Assembly (NCBI GenBank): GCA_038213805.1
Contig: JBBQSO010000057.1
Span: 1-35,221 of the forward strand
Source of the DNA: Planctomycetota bacterium
GTDB taxonomy: Bacteria > Planctomycetota > UBA11346
Length of the DNA: 35,221 nucleotides
Direction of reading: 5' to 3'
The notes below the pieces were generated by a model that worked only from the letters and a program-made list of their open reading frames with translations, had not been told where the DNA came from and searched no databases. A program made the position numbers and the translations under genes. Positions 9,371 through 18,494 of this stretch are shown piece by piece (the stretch's first letter is position 1; each line of letters begins with the position of its first letter).

Positions 9371-10771
9371 TCACCCCACCAGCACCGGCAGCAGCAGTCC
9401 GAGCCCAAGTGCAAACAGCCACAGCGCCGGCGCTGGGGTGCCGCCCGGGCGGCGCAGCGCGCTGCGCCGGGCCAGGTCGCGCGGATCGCCGGCCGCGCGC
9501 CGCTCGTGGCGCCGCTCGAGGAGCATGAATACCAGCGCCATGGTGCCGCCGTAGAAGAGATGGCCGAGCAGCGCCGGCAGCGCCGCGGCGGCGTCGGCGC
9601 TGCCCCATTCGAAAGTGCCGTCGAGCAGCCAGGGGAAGAGCGTGAGCTGGCCGATGAACCACCACATCAAGCCGTAGACCAGTCCCCAGCCGACGCCGGC
9701 GCCGGGGTCGCGCGCCTCGCGCAGGAAGAGCAGTCCGTAGAGCATGCCGAGCAGCGTGCTGATCGCGAGGTGCACGCCGAAGCCGACCAGCGGCGCGCTG
9801 GCGCCGACCAGGCTGGCGACGTAGGGCAGGATGCCGGTGGCGAGCATCGGCAGGGCGAACACCAGGCCACCCGCGAGACCGGCGAGCGCTCCCCAGCCCA
9901 GCCCGAGCAGGGTGCGCGTGCCCGGGCCCTCGGCGCTGCGCGTGAGCGGATCGGAATCGTGGAAGAACGCCACCCACAGGCGGTCGATGGTCGCGTAGCC
10001 GAGGCCGAGCACGAGGCCGAAGAGAACGTGGCCGACGAGCGCGCCGAAACGCGCGGCGATCGCCTCGTGGTCCCAGGCGGGTGCGGCGCCCGCGACCAGC
10101 GGCGCGATGGTCAGCGGGCCAAGGAAGAACCACAGCATGCCGTAGCCCAGTCCCCAACCCATGCTTGAGCCATAGCCGCGCACGTCGCGCTGGAAGAGCA
10201 GACCGAAGCCGGCGCCGACCAGCATGGCGAGCGCGGCATTCAGCAGGGTGCTGCCTGAGTCACCCGCTGCCAGCAGGCCGAGGTCGGCGCGCGCACCGGT
10301 GCGCGCGAACAGCCAGGCGCCGAGCAGGCCGCCGAGCGCGCCGACCACCAGCGCGCGGGCGAGACTGGTCGCGGGTCCGTCCTGCGGCGCGGTGGTGGGC
10401 GGCGCGGCATGGCGCAGGCCGATGGCGCCAAGCACGAGACCGAGCGGCATGCCGAGGGTCAGCAGATAGGCGCACAGCTCGGGCAAGTGGCTGCGTGCGC
10501 CGTCGAGCGAGCAGCCGCCGCCCGCGCACCAGGCGAACAGCCAGGCGGGACCGGCCAGCCACAGCACCAGCGCATAGGCCAGGCCCCAGATCAGGCCCGC
10601 GCCGGGCGTGGTCGCACGCGCTTCCGCGAGCAGCGCGAAGGCGGCCCCGGCGGCGGCGCCGAACAAGGGTCCGCTCAACGGCGTGGCCAAGCCGAGGGCA
10701 AGGCATGCGCCGCCGCCGGCCTCACCCACCGCCGCGCAGGCGATCATCGAGGACAGCGTACAACGATTCAT
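9371..10771 (-). CDS. Polytopic membrane protein with three internal repeats
   Basis: ATG overlaps the upstream stop (ATGA). Repeats of WGL.Y...LW..G.L...P; His in GHVLFG, GVHLAIS and GHLFYG. Confidence 0.8.
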   Translation of the reverse strand: MNRCTLSSMIACAAVGEAGGGACLALGLATPLSGPLFGAAAGAAFALLAEARATTPGAGLIWGLAYALVLWLAGPAWLFAWCAGGGCSLDGARSHLPELCAYLLTLGMPLGLVLGAIGLRHAAPPTTAPQDGPATSLARALVVGALGGLLGAWLFARTGARADLGLLAAGDSGSTLLNAALAMLVGAGFGLLFQRDVRGYGSSMGWGLGYGMLWFFLGPLTIAPLVAGAAPAWDHEAIAARFGALVGHVLFGLVLGLGYATIDRLWVAFFHDSDPLTRSAEGPGTRTLLGLGWGALAGLAGGLVFALPMLATGILPYVASLVGASAPLVGFGVHLAISTLLGMLYGLLFLREARDPGAGVGWGLVYGLMWWFIGQLTLFPWLLDGTFEWGSADAAAALPALLGHLFYGGTMALVFMLLERRHERRAAGDPRDLARRSALRRPGGTPAPALWLFALGLGLLLPVLVG

Positions 10772-12507
10772 GGCGTGGCTCCTGGCGCAGCGACCGGGGC
10801 GGCGCGGGACGCGGTCGCCGTGGGGTCCGTGGCCTCGGCCATGGTGGCAGGGGCGGCGGCGAGGTCGATGGTCTGGACGATGTCGCGTGGGAAGAACAGC
10901 TCGATCACCCAATCAACCAGCACGCGCACCTTGCGTTCGAGGGTGGGCAGCTTGCCCAGGTAGATGCCGCGCCACAGGAACCACGCGAACAGCCCGGAGA
11001 AGCGCAGCCCCTTGATCTCGGCGCATGCCGTATGGTGGCCGACCACGCACAGCGCGCCGAGCGGGCTGAACGAGAAGGCCTGCAGGGCGCCGCCGCGGTG
11101 ACGCGCAATCAGGTTGCGCGCCAGGGTGCGCGCCTCGCGGATGGCGAACTGCGCGGTCGGGGGGCAGCTCTTGCCGGTGGCCGCGTTGGGGATCGCCGCG
11201 CAATCGCCGAGCGCCCACACGCCGGCGTAACCGGGCACCGCAAGGTGCCCATCAACCAGCACCGCGCCGCGCTTGTCGAGCGGCGCGCCGAGCGTGCGCA
11301 GCACCGGACTGGGCGCGGTGCCGGCGGTCCACACCAGGGTCGCGGTCGGCAGTTCGCCGTCGCTGAGCACCACCGCCCCGGGCCGCGCGTCCTTGACCCG
11401 GGTCTTGAGCCGGAAGGTCACGCCGCGCGCGCCCATGCGGCGCTGCGCATAGAGTGCGAGCGGCTCGCTGAGCTCATTGAGGATGCGTTCGCCGCCGTGC
11501 ACCAGCACCACCTGCACGTCCTCGCGCGGGATGTTCGGGTACCAGGCGAGCATGCCGCGCGCGAAGTCGTTGAGGCCACCGGCCAGCTCCGCGCCGGCGA
11601 AGCCGCCACCGGCGACCACCAGCGTGGTGAGCGTGCGCCGCCGCACGGGGTCGCGCTCGCGGTCGGCGCGCTCGAAGCAGTCGATGACGTGGTTGCGGAT
11701 CCGGATCGCGTCGGTGAGCGACTTGAAGTCGAAGGCCTCGCGCTGGACGTTGGCCAGGCCGAGATAATTGGAGACCGCGCCGAGCGCGACCACCAGCTCG
11801 TCGTAGGCGAGCACCTCCCCGTCCTCGAGGTGCACCAGGTGCGCGGCGTGATCGATGCGCAGGGCGCGTCCGCGCACCACTGTGGTGTGGCGCAGCGCGG
11901 TGCGCAGCGGGCTGCTGATGTGCGTAGCCTCCAGGCTGCTCGCCGCGACCTCGGCAAGCATCGGCGTGAACAGCAGGGCGTTGGTCTCGCTGACCAGGGT
12001 GATGGCGAGCGCGGGATCGCCACCGCCCTGCCGCTCGAGCTCGGCCGCGACCCCAACCCCGGCGAAACCGCCGCCAAGAATAAGGATGCGCGTCGGCGTC
12101 ACTGGCGCGGGTGCGACGGGCGCCATCTCCGCGCCAAGCAGCCGGTTCGCCAGGCGCGCGACCAGGCCACCGAGCAGGCCGATGGCGGCGCTGGCCAGCA
12201 TCCAGCCGGGCAGCGTCGGGAAGCGCTCGCGCATGGCCGCCGCGGACCACGACGCCTCGTGGCCGGTGGCGAGCGGCAGCGCGAGCAGCTCGACCAGCGC
12301 CCACAGCGGGATCGCGAGCGCAGCCGTCTCGCAGGCGGCGTCCAGCGGCCGGCGCCCGGGCGCGGCGGGCGGGAACAGCAATGCGCTCAGCGCGCCGAGC
12401 AGGGCGCCCAGCGCCAAGCCCAGGGGCCCGTCGCCGGGCAGCAACAGCGGCGCGGCGGCCAGCCCGGTGACGAGTCCGATGACAAAGCGGCGCGCGAAAA
12501 TGTTCAT
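10768..12507 (-). CDS. NDH-2-like FAD-dependent NAD(P)H oxidoreductase with an N-terminal membrane domain
   Basis: ILILGGGFAG, FTPMLAEV, YDELVVALG, VAGGGFAGAELAG, LVWTAG, WALGD and PPTAQFA motifs; about 150-aa hydrophobic N-terminus; real start is ATG 12507. Confidence 0.9.
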   Translation of the reverse strand: MNIFARRFVIGLVTGLAAAPLLLPGDGPLGLALGALLGALSALLFPPAAPGRRPLDAACETAALAIPLWALVELLALPLATGHEASWSAAAMRERFPTLPGWMLASAAIGLLGGLVARLANRLLGAEMAPVAPAPVTPTRILILGGGFAGVGVAAELERQGGGDPALAITLVSETNALLFTPMLAEVAASSLEATHISSPLRTALRHTTVVRGRALRIDHAAHLVHLEDGEVLAYDELVVALGAVSNYLGLANVQREAFDFKSLTDAIRIRNHVIDCFERADRERDPVRRRTLTTLVVAGGGFAGAELAGGLNDFARGMLAWYPNIPREDVQVVLVHGGERILNELSEPLALYAQRRMGARGVTFRLKTRVKDARPGAVVLSDGELPTATLVWTAGTAPSPVLRTLGAPLDKRGAVLVDGHLAVPGYAGVWALGDCAAIPNAATGKSCPPTAQFAIREARTLARNLIARHRGGALQAFSFSPLGALCVVGHHTACAEIKGLRFSGLFAWFLWRGIYLGKLPTLERKVRVLVDWVIELFFPRDIVQTIDLAAAPATMAEATDPTATASRAAPVAAPGATP

Positions 12508-12542
12508 GGCGGTGCTGGTGCTCGCGCTCGTGATGTTTGAAT

Positions 12543-13040
12543 TTAGTGCGCGGTCGGCGCTGCGGCGGCCGTGGGCGCGGCGCCGTGCGGGCAGTCTCCG
12601 CGTCGCAGCAGACGATCCAGCGACAGCGTACCGGCGCCGCGCACCAGCAGCCAGGCGAGCAGCAGGATGTAGAGGAACTCGGGGAAGGCGAAGAGATCGC
12701 TGAGCGTGGTGAGGTCGTCGCGCTTGGCGGTGATGATCGCCACGGTCATGATCACCATCAGCGGGATGGTCGAGAGCCGCGTACAGAAGCCGATCAGCAC
12801 GGTGAAGCCGAAGACCAGCTCGCTGCCCGCCGCAAACGGCGCCTGCAGCTCCGGTGCCGGGATGTGCAGACTGCGGAAGAATTCGATCACCTTGGGAAGA
12901 TTGTTCAGCTTGCCCCAGCCGGATTCGATGAAGATCCAGCCAACGGTGATGCGCGCGAGCAGCGGCGGCAGCCAGTCGGCGCGGGCGAGCAGGTCGACAC
13001 CGCGCGCATGGAGGGACATTGCGGAATGGAGGAGGCGCAT
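12543..13040 (-). CDS. DoxX family membrane protein
   Basis: LLARITVGWIFIESGWGKL...ELVFGF.VLIGFCTRL...GAGTLSLD signature. Confidence 0.92.
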   Translation of the reverse strand: MRLLHSAMSLHARGVDLLARADWLPPLLARITVGWIFIESGWGKLNNLPKVIEFFRSLHIPAPELQAPFAAGSELVFGFTVLIGFCTRLSTIPLMVIMTVAIITAKRDDLTTLSDLFAFPEFLYILLLAWLLVRGAGTLSLDRLLRRGDCPHGAAPTAAAAPTAH

Positions 13041-13196
13041 GGTGGATTCCAAGGACGCAGCGCCCCGGGCAGCGCGCGGGTGCGCGCTGCGGAAGTGATG
13101 CCGCAGGGTTGGCAGGAAGGATCCCGGTGGTCGCACGACCGCCCGGGCGGGTGGGGGCGCAGCCGGTCCGACCGTGCTGCGCTGATCCGCCCGGAA

Positions 13197-13221
13197 TACG
13201 CGGGACACCGCGCCGCGTTTG
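13197..13221 (-). promoter_or_regulatory. Putative ECF-sigma promoter for the doxX-oxidoreductase-membrane protein operon
   Basis: Minus strand CAAAC-N16-CGTA; the same motif lies upstream of the Cys-rich gene. Confidence 0.45.
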
Positions 13222-13275
13222 TTGGCAACCTGTCGCCGGGCGGTCGGCCGCCCGCGGAGTGGTGCGTCCACAAAC

Positions 13276-13307
13276 GCGAATACCCCGGTAAATACCGAGG
13301 TATTCGC
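13276..13307 (-). terminator. Hairpin terminator/stabiliser downstream of the Cys-rich peptide gene
   Basis: Minus strand GCGAATACCTCGGTA-TT-TACCGGGGTATTCGC followed by GTTTG. The one plus-strand mismatch is a G-U pair on the minus transcript. Confidence 0.7.
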
Positions 13308-13342
13308 AGCTTAACCTGAAGGGCGCTCGCGCGCCCCGCAGC

Positions 13343-13669
13343 TTACTTGCCGACCTTGCAGCCGCCCTTGCCCTTGCACTCGTTGGCGCCGCCCTTGCCC
13401 TGCTGGCGGCAGTCGTTCTTGCCCTTGCAGTCGTGCTTGGCGGTGGCGCAGCCGCCCTGGCCCTTGCACTCGTTGTGGGCCTTGCACTCGTGCTTCTCGG
13501 TCTTGCAGCCGCCCTTGCCCTTGCAGGAGTTGAGGCCCGCGCAGGCGTGCTTCGCGACGCCATCCGCGGTGGTATCCGCATCGGCGGCCGCGGCGCGCTG
13601 GAAGGTGGCGCCGGCGCCGGAAAGGATGCCGGTGACGGCGGCGGCGATGAGCAGGTTGGAGATCTTCAT
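13343..13669 (-). CDS. Secreted Cys/Lys/Gly-rich repeat protein, bufferin precursor-like (BufA2-like)
   Basis: Signal peptide; 10 Cys in repeats of HxCxxxNxCKGxGGC; adjacent to DoxX. Confidence 0.8.
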   Translation of the reverse strand: MKISNLLIAAAVTGILSGAGATFQRAAAADADTTADGVAKHACAGLNSCKGKGGCKTEKHECKAHNECKGQGGCATAKHDCKGKNDCRQQGKGGANECKGKGGCKVGK

Positions 13670-13826
13670 GGTGGTGTTCCCGGGTGGGGAAGGGACGTGG
13701 ATTCCCCATGATGGGGGGCGTGGTCTCTTCCCGGTGATGATGAGGTGACCCCGTCCGCACGGACGGAGGTCGGCTGGTGGCCCGCAGTCCACACGCTGGC
13801 GGTCTGGTGGCCGATGGCGCGTGGTC

Positions 13827-13852
13827 TACGTGGGCAGGCGGTGCGGTGTTTG
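13827..13852 (-). promoter_or_regulatory. Putative ECF-sigma promoter for the Cys-rich precursor
   Basis: Minus strand CAAAC-N17-CGTA. Confidence 0.45.
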
Positions 13853-14017
13853 CGGTTATTCCCGCGACCGCGTCCCCTGCCCTCGCCATGCACTACGGAC
13901 GCCATCACGGAGCGGATGTGCCCCGGCGCCCTGCCCAGGGGTCCGCGACTCCCGCCTTCCCCCAGGCCGCCGCCAATCACCATCGCCGTGAGCCCGTAAG
14001 AGGGCCGGAGCCCAGCC

Positions 14018-14656
14018 ATGCCGCGCCGCCTGACCATCGTCACCATCATCCTCATCATCGCATTCGCGGCGTGGGGCGTCGGCTGCGTCCGACAATCCAG
14101 CGCCTCGCCGCCGGCCAGCGCCGCAAGCACGGCCCCTGCGGGCGCACCGGCCGCACCGGCTCCGGTCCGCGATCACCAACTCCAGGAGGACCCACCCGTG
14201 GGCGACAAGCTGACCCTCACCGACGACCAGTGGCGCGCGCGCCTCTCGCTCGAGCAGTACAACGTGCTGCGCCGTCACGGCACCGAGCCGCCCTTTTGTG
14301 GCGGTTACACCGCGATCAAGCACAACGGCCCCGGCACCTACCACTGCGCCGGCTGCGGCGCACCGTTGTTCAGCGCGGAAGCCAAGTTCGAGTCCGGCAC
14401 CGGCTGGCCGAGCTTCTTCCAGCAGCTGCCCGGTCGTGTCGAGACCGAAAGCGACACCACGCACGGCATGGTGCGCAGCGAGATCCATTGCGCGCGTTGC
14501 GGCGGCCACCTTGGTCACGTCTTCGACGACGGCCCGCGGCCGACCGGCCTGCGCTATTGCATCAATGCCATCGCGCTCGACTTCACCCCCGCCGGCGGTG
14601 TTTCCGCGGCGACGGCCAAGGACGGCACGCCGGGCAGTGCGGCGGTGCAGCCGTGA
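14018..14656 (+). CDS. msrB: Peptide-methionine (R)-S-oxide reductase with an N-terminal export/lipoprotein-like leader
   Basis: [21 protein letters not shown] and [24 protein letters not shown] motifs; leader [23 protein letters not shown]. Confidence 0.95.
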   Translation: MPRRLTIVTIILIIAFAAWGVGCVRQSSASPPASAASTAPAGAPAAPAPVRDHQLQEDPPVGDKLTLTDDQWRARLSLEQYNVLRRHGTEPPFCGGYTAIKHNGPGTYHCAGCGAPLFSAEAKFESGTGWPSFFQQLPGRVETESDTTHGMVRSEIHCARCGGHLGHVFDDGPRPTGLRYCINAIALDFTPAGGVSAATAKDGTPGSAAVQP

Positions 14657-15141
14657 GCGCAACGACCACCATCCAGAAGGCGACCTTCGGCGCCGGCTGC
14701 TTCTGGGGCGTCGAGGCGACCTTCCGCGCCATCCCCGGCGTGGTCGATGCGCTGGTCGGCTACGCCGGCGGCAGGATCGCGAATCCGACCTACGAGCAGG
14801 TCTGCACCGACACCACCGGTCACGCCGAGGTCGTCGAGGTGGCCTTCGACCCCGCGCTCGTCAGCTACGCCGAGCTGCTCGGGGTGTTCTGGGCGAGCCA
14901 TGATCCGACCACGCGCGACCGTCAGGGGCCGGACGTCGGTTCGCAGTACCGCTCGGCGGTGTTCTACCACTCGCCCGCGCAACAGGCGGAGGCCACCGCC
15001 GTGAAGGCCCGGCTCGAAGCCGAGAAGCGCTTCCGCCGCCCGATCGTCACCGAGATTTCCCCCGCCCAGACCTTCTGGAAGGCCGAGGACTACCACCAAC
15101 GCTATCTCGAACGCCGCGGGCTTGGCAACTGCCACCTGTGA
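14653..15141 (+). CDS. msrA: Peptide-methionine (S)-S-oxide reductase
   Basis: GTG start overlapping the msrB stop (GTGA); [26 protein letters not shown] and AEDYHQRY motifs. Confidence 0.96.
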   Translation: MSATTTIQKATFGAGCFWGVEATFRAIPGVVDALVGYAGGRIANPTYEQVCTDTTGHAEVVEVAFDPALVSYAELLGVFWASHDPTTRDRQGPDVGSQYRSAVFYHSPAQQAEATAVKARLEAEKRFRRPIVTEISPAQTFWKAEDYHQRYLERRGLGNCHL

Positions 15142-15544
15142 TGCGGCTGTCGTCGGCCCTCCGACGTCCGCTGCCCCCTGTTCACCGCATCACCTGCAAC
15201 CACGGACGTCAAAGCCATCGAGCTGATTTCTGTCGCCAAGCCTGACCCGTTGCGCTATTTCGCCGTAGTCCGGCGCGACGCAGCGGCGCGCCCAGGCGTC
15301 CATGGTTCTCGCAGGGCATTGCCCAGGATCGAAGCCACTGCGACCACGTCGCGCGCGCCCGCTGCCGTCGGCTGGAGCGCCACCAGGGCGTGGATGGTGC
15401 GGACAATGCACCGCGTCAGCATGCGCCCGCCCCAGATGCGTTTGTGCACCTCGGGCGGATTACCCACGCATGTCGTGCTCGCCCAGGTCTCAGCGCCCCG
15501 GGCGCTGGCGCGTATGCATTTCCCACCCCCGCCGCCGGAGCGTC

Positions 15545-16453
15545 ATGAAGCCCTTCCCTCTCATCCTGCTCGTCACCCTGGGATCCGCGCTGGCCACCGC
15601 CCACGTGTACGCGCAAGACACCGCGCTCATCGCGCTCGCCGAACTGCCGCTGTGGACCGGTCCCGCGCCCGGGGAGCCGGAAAAGCCGGCCAAGCCCCAG
15701 GTCATGGATCCCGGTAAGGACAACATCATTCGCGCGCACGATGTGGCGCAGCCGGTCATCGCGGTCTATGCGCCCCCGGCGGCGCAAGCCACCGGCACCG
15801 CGGTGATTATCTGCCCGGGCGGCGGCTATTCGATCCTGGCCATGGATCTCGAGGGCACCGAGGTGGCGCGCTGGCTGAATGGGTGCGGCGTCACCGCGGT
15901 GCTGCTCACCTACCGCGTGCCGGCGCGCGCCGGTCATCCGTCATATCAAGCGGCCGTGCAGGACGTGCAGCGCGCGCTCAGCACCGTGCGCAGCCACGCC
16001 GCGGAGTGGGGCATCACCCCTGGCCGCATTGGCGCCCTCGGCTTCTCCGCCGGCGGGCACGCGGTGGCGATCGCCGCCGCCGGCGCGCTGCCGCGCCAGT
16101 ACGCCGCGGCGGACGCCGTCGACCAGCTCGCCTGCCGGCCGGATTTCGCGATGCTGATCTACCCCGCCTACATGGTCGCCAAGGGGACCATGACGCTCAA
16201 TCCCGAGGTCACCCCCGCCGCCGACGCGCCGCCCAGTTTCATCGTCTATGCCGAGGATGATCCGCTCGGCTGCGAGAACGGCATCGCCTACCAGCTCGCG
16301 CTCAAGAACCTCAAGATCCCGGTCGAGCTGCACGTCTATCCGGATGGCGGCCACGGCTTCGGCCTGCGTCCCTCGGCCCATCCCACCAGCACCTGGCCGG
16401 CGCGCGCCAAGGAGTGGTTCCAGGCGCGTGGGCTGCTGACGCCGGCGCATTGA
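15545..16453 (+). CDS. Secreted alpha/beta-hydrolase (acetyl/carbohydrate esterase-like)
   Basis: GGAG RBS; signal peptide; ICPGGGY, GFSAGG, RPDFAMLIYP, EDD and GGHGFG motifs. Confidence 0.9.
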   Translation: MKPFPLILLVTLGSALATAHVYAQDTALIALAELPLWTGPAPGEPEKPAKPQVMDPGKDNIIRAHDVAQPVIAVYAPPAAQATGTAVIICPGGGYSILAMDLEGTEVARWLNGCGVTAVLLTYRVPARAGHPSYQAAVQDVQRALSTVRSHAAEWGITPGRIGALGFSAGGHAVAIAAAGALPRQYAAADAVDQLACRPDFAMLIYPAYMVAKGTMTLNPEVTPAADAPPSFIVYAEDDPLGCENGIAYQLALKNLKIPVELHVYPDGGHGFGLRPSAHPTSTWPARAKEWFQARGLLTPAH

Positions 16454-16579
16454 CGACGGTTGAACATCAGACCTGGGATGTCCGATCATTCCCAGCTGCA
16501 TAGCTGCCGAACGTGGCCACAGCAATGCGCCATGGTCAAGGACGGCCGACACCGAACCTCGCACAATCCAATGACCATG

Positions 16580-16614
16580 AAAAAACGCTGGCGGGGTAGT
16601 CCCCGCCAGCGTTT
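16580..16614 (-). terminator. Rho-independent terminator (probably bidirectional)
   Basis: AAACGCTGGCGGGG-TAGT-CCCCGCCAGCGTTT with a T6 tail on the minus strand; lies between convergent genes. Confidence 0.88.
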
Positions 16615-16654
16615 CGATTCAGCACATCCGCGAGGTCGCGGATAATGGCTTCAT

Positions 16655-17005
16655 TCAGCGGTCGCGACGGCCACCGCCGTATCCGCCGCCGCCGCCGCCG
16701 CCCGAGCCGCCGCCGTAACCACCGCCGCCGCCGCCGCCCGAGCGACCGCCGCCGGCGCCGCCCGTGCGCTCTTCAGCCTGGCGGACATTGACCGCACGGC
16801 CCTCGAGCTGGGTGCCATTGATGGCGGTGATGGCCGAGGTGCCTTCGGCGTCATTGGTCATGGTCACGAAGCCGAAGCCGCGGCTGCGGCCGCTCTCGCG
16901 GTCCATGACGACCTTGGCGCGCGAAACGGCGCCGTGCTTGGCGAAGAGAGCGTTGAGGCTCTCATCGGTGACGGACCAGGGAAGATTACCAACGTAGAGT
17001 TCCAC
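16655..17005 (-). CDS. RRM (RNP) RNA-binding protein with Gly-rich tail
   Basis: GTG start; RNP2 LYVGNL and RNP1 RGFGFV; GGGYGG tail. Confidence 0.95.
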   Translation of the reverse strand: MELYVGNLPWSVTDESLNALFAKHGAVSRAKVVMDRESGRSRGFGFVTMTNDAEGTSAITAINGTQLEGRAVNVRQAEERTGGAGGGRSGGGGGGGYGGGSGGGGGGGYGGGRRDR

Positions 17006-17369
17006 GTTATTCTCACTTGGGTGCGGATGCACCCATGATGCGGCTGATGGTGAAATCAGGCCGCAAGGGGAAGGCGATAGGCTTGGAAAGCGAAGGCGCC
17101 TCAGGGATGACAGGCGCAACATGCGCTTATCGACGGGACGCACTATGACAACCCGGGGCCAGAAAGCAAACCTTCAGATGCGTTGCGCAGGGCGCCGGTC
17201 GGCCTCGTCGACCATGGCCGTAAGAGTGGTTGTGAATGCGCTTTGGAGGCGGTGTACAGGTGCATTACAGGGTCCTGGGCGTAGCGCACGACAGCCTTCC
17301 GAACGTTTCGTGCGGGGTAGCTGTTCTTTACCAGGTTTGTGCGTCGGCCCGCCCGCCTAGGGTTTCCGC

Positions 17370-18494
17370 ATGCGTCCTCCGGCCCTGTGCATCCTTATCC
17401 TGTCTGCGCTGCTGTTGCTCTCGTGGGCTCCCGCCGCCCCTGCCGCGCAGGCGCCTTCAGCGAGTCTGCTGGGGTGGAACACCATCATTGAACGCCTGCG
17501 TGCCGGCGCCGCCGGACCGTACGCGGTCTACCTCGGCAGTCCCGACAACAAGCTGCCGCGGCTGCTTGCGGTCGGGGCGATTGCCACGCTCGACATCCCG
17601 GTGGTGGTGCTGCGTTCCGGCGATCAGGTGCGCAATCCGATGACCGACCGTCTGGTCGGCGGTGACCGCCTGCAGAATTTCTTCGGCGCCAGCGCCGGCA
17701 CCCTGCTGTTCCTTGATGGCGATGGCATGCCCATCCCGCAGCTCTCGATCCCCCAGGCGATGCATGGCAACGATGCCGAGCTGTTCGCCCTCTATTTCAG
17801 CTACGTCGCTGGCGCCCACTACAAGGCCATGTCGATCGCCGAATACTGCCGTGCCCTGGGCAAGGACCAGGTCGTGCTGCGCGCCCTGCGGCGCGTGAAG
17901 AGTGGTTTCAGCGGCCGCGAATTCGCCGCCGACGAGGCGCTGCCGAAGGCGCGCAACCACGTCAGCGGCGAGGCCGTGGATGCGTGGGCTGATCCAGGCG
18001 TCTTCCATATCTACACCGCCGCGGCGGATGGCCGCGTGTTCCTCGCCCAGGTCAATGAGATCGAGCGCGCCTTCGGGCGCCTCAACCCGCGCTTCACCCT
18101 GATCGTCCCCGAGGGCGAGGAGCCCGATATGGCGCGCCTGCCAGGAGTGCGCTGCGTACTCGCGCATGCCGCGCGCAGCGAACTGCTGCGCCTGGGCGCG
18201 AGTCCGCTGACCATCATCACCGCCGGCGGCCCGGACGCGCACGCCCGCAAGGGTATCCGGCTGGATGGCTTCCAGCCGGCGGATGTGATCGCCAAGCTGG
18301 TTGGGCTGCCGCTCGCCGATCTCGCGCTGGTCGATCGCGACATCCCTTATGGTGAAATGGACGAGGTTGCGGCATCCGCCATCGAGACTGCGGCGCCGCC
18401 GCCCGCAGCCGCTCCCGCCGCAGTCGCGCAGGCGCCCGTACCCGCGCCTGCCGCGATCGTGCCGCCGCTCAGCGCGGAAGGAGCGCAGCCATGA
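17370..18494 (+). CDS. Exported protein, probable tandem thioredoxin-like folds lacking CxxC
   Basis: Signal peptide; TLLFLDGDG...F..YVAGAHYKAMSIAEY resembles the SoxW-type thioredoxin C-terminal half; no CxxC; ATGA-coupled to the next gene. Confidence 0.65.
   Translation: MRPPALCILILSALLLLSWAPAAPAAQAPSASLLGWNTIIERLRAGAAGPYAVYLGSPDNKLPRLLAVGAIATLDIPVVVLRSGDQVRNPMTDRLVGGDRLQNFFGASAGTLLFLDGDGMPIPQLSIPQAMHGNDAELFALYFSYVAGAHYKAMSIAEYCRALGKDQVVLRALRRVKSGFSGREFAADEALPKARNHVSGEAVDAWADPGVFHIYTAAADGRVFLAQVNEIERAFGRLNPRFTLIVPEGEEPDMARLPGVRCVLAHAARSELLRLGASPLTIITAGGPDAHARKGIRLDGFQPADVIAKLVGLPLADLALVDRDIPYGEMDEVAASAIETAAPPPAAAPAAVAQAPVPAPAAIVPPLSAEGAQP

Noticed and set aside
10768..13581. 937-aa ORF suggesting a long N-terminal fusion to the oxidoreductase
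   Set aside because: The upstream part overlaps the Cys-rich gene and DoxX in another frame; the real start is ATG 12507.
13777..15141. Apparent MsrB-MsrA fusion
   Set aside because: msrB and msrA are in different frames with a GTGA stop/start overlap, so they are two genes.
16660..16765. GCC-rich microsatellite
   Set aside because: It encodes the Gly-rich tail typical of bacterial RRM proteins.
17006..17369. ICE boundary, oriT, tRNA or riboswitch upstream of the T4SS-like operon
   Set aside because: No tRNA, direct repeat or recognisable nic site; only a weak GAAC-N18-GTTC (17301-17326). Best explained as a divergent promoter region.
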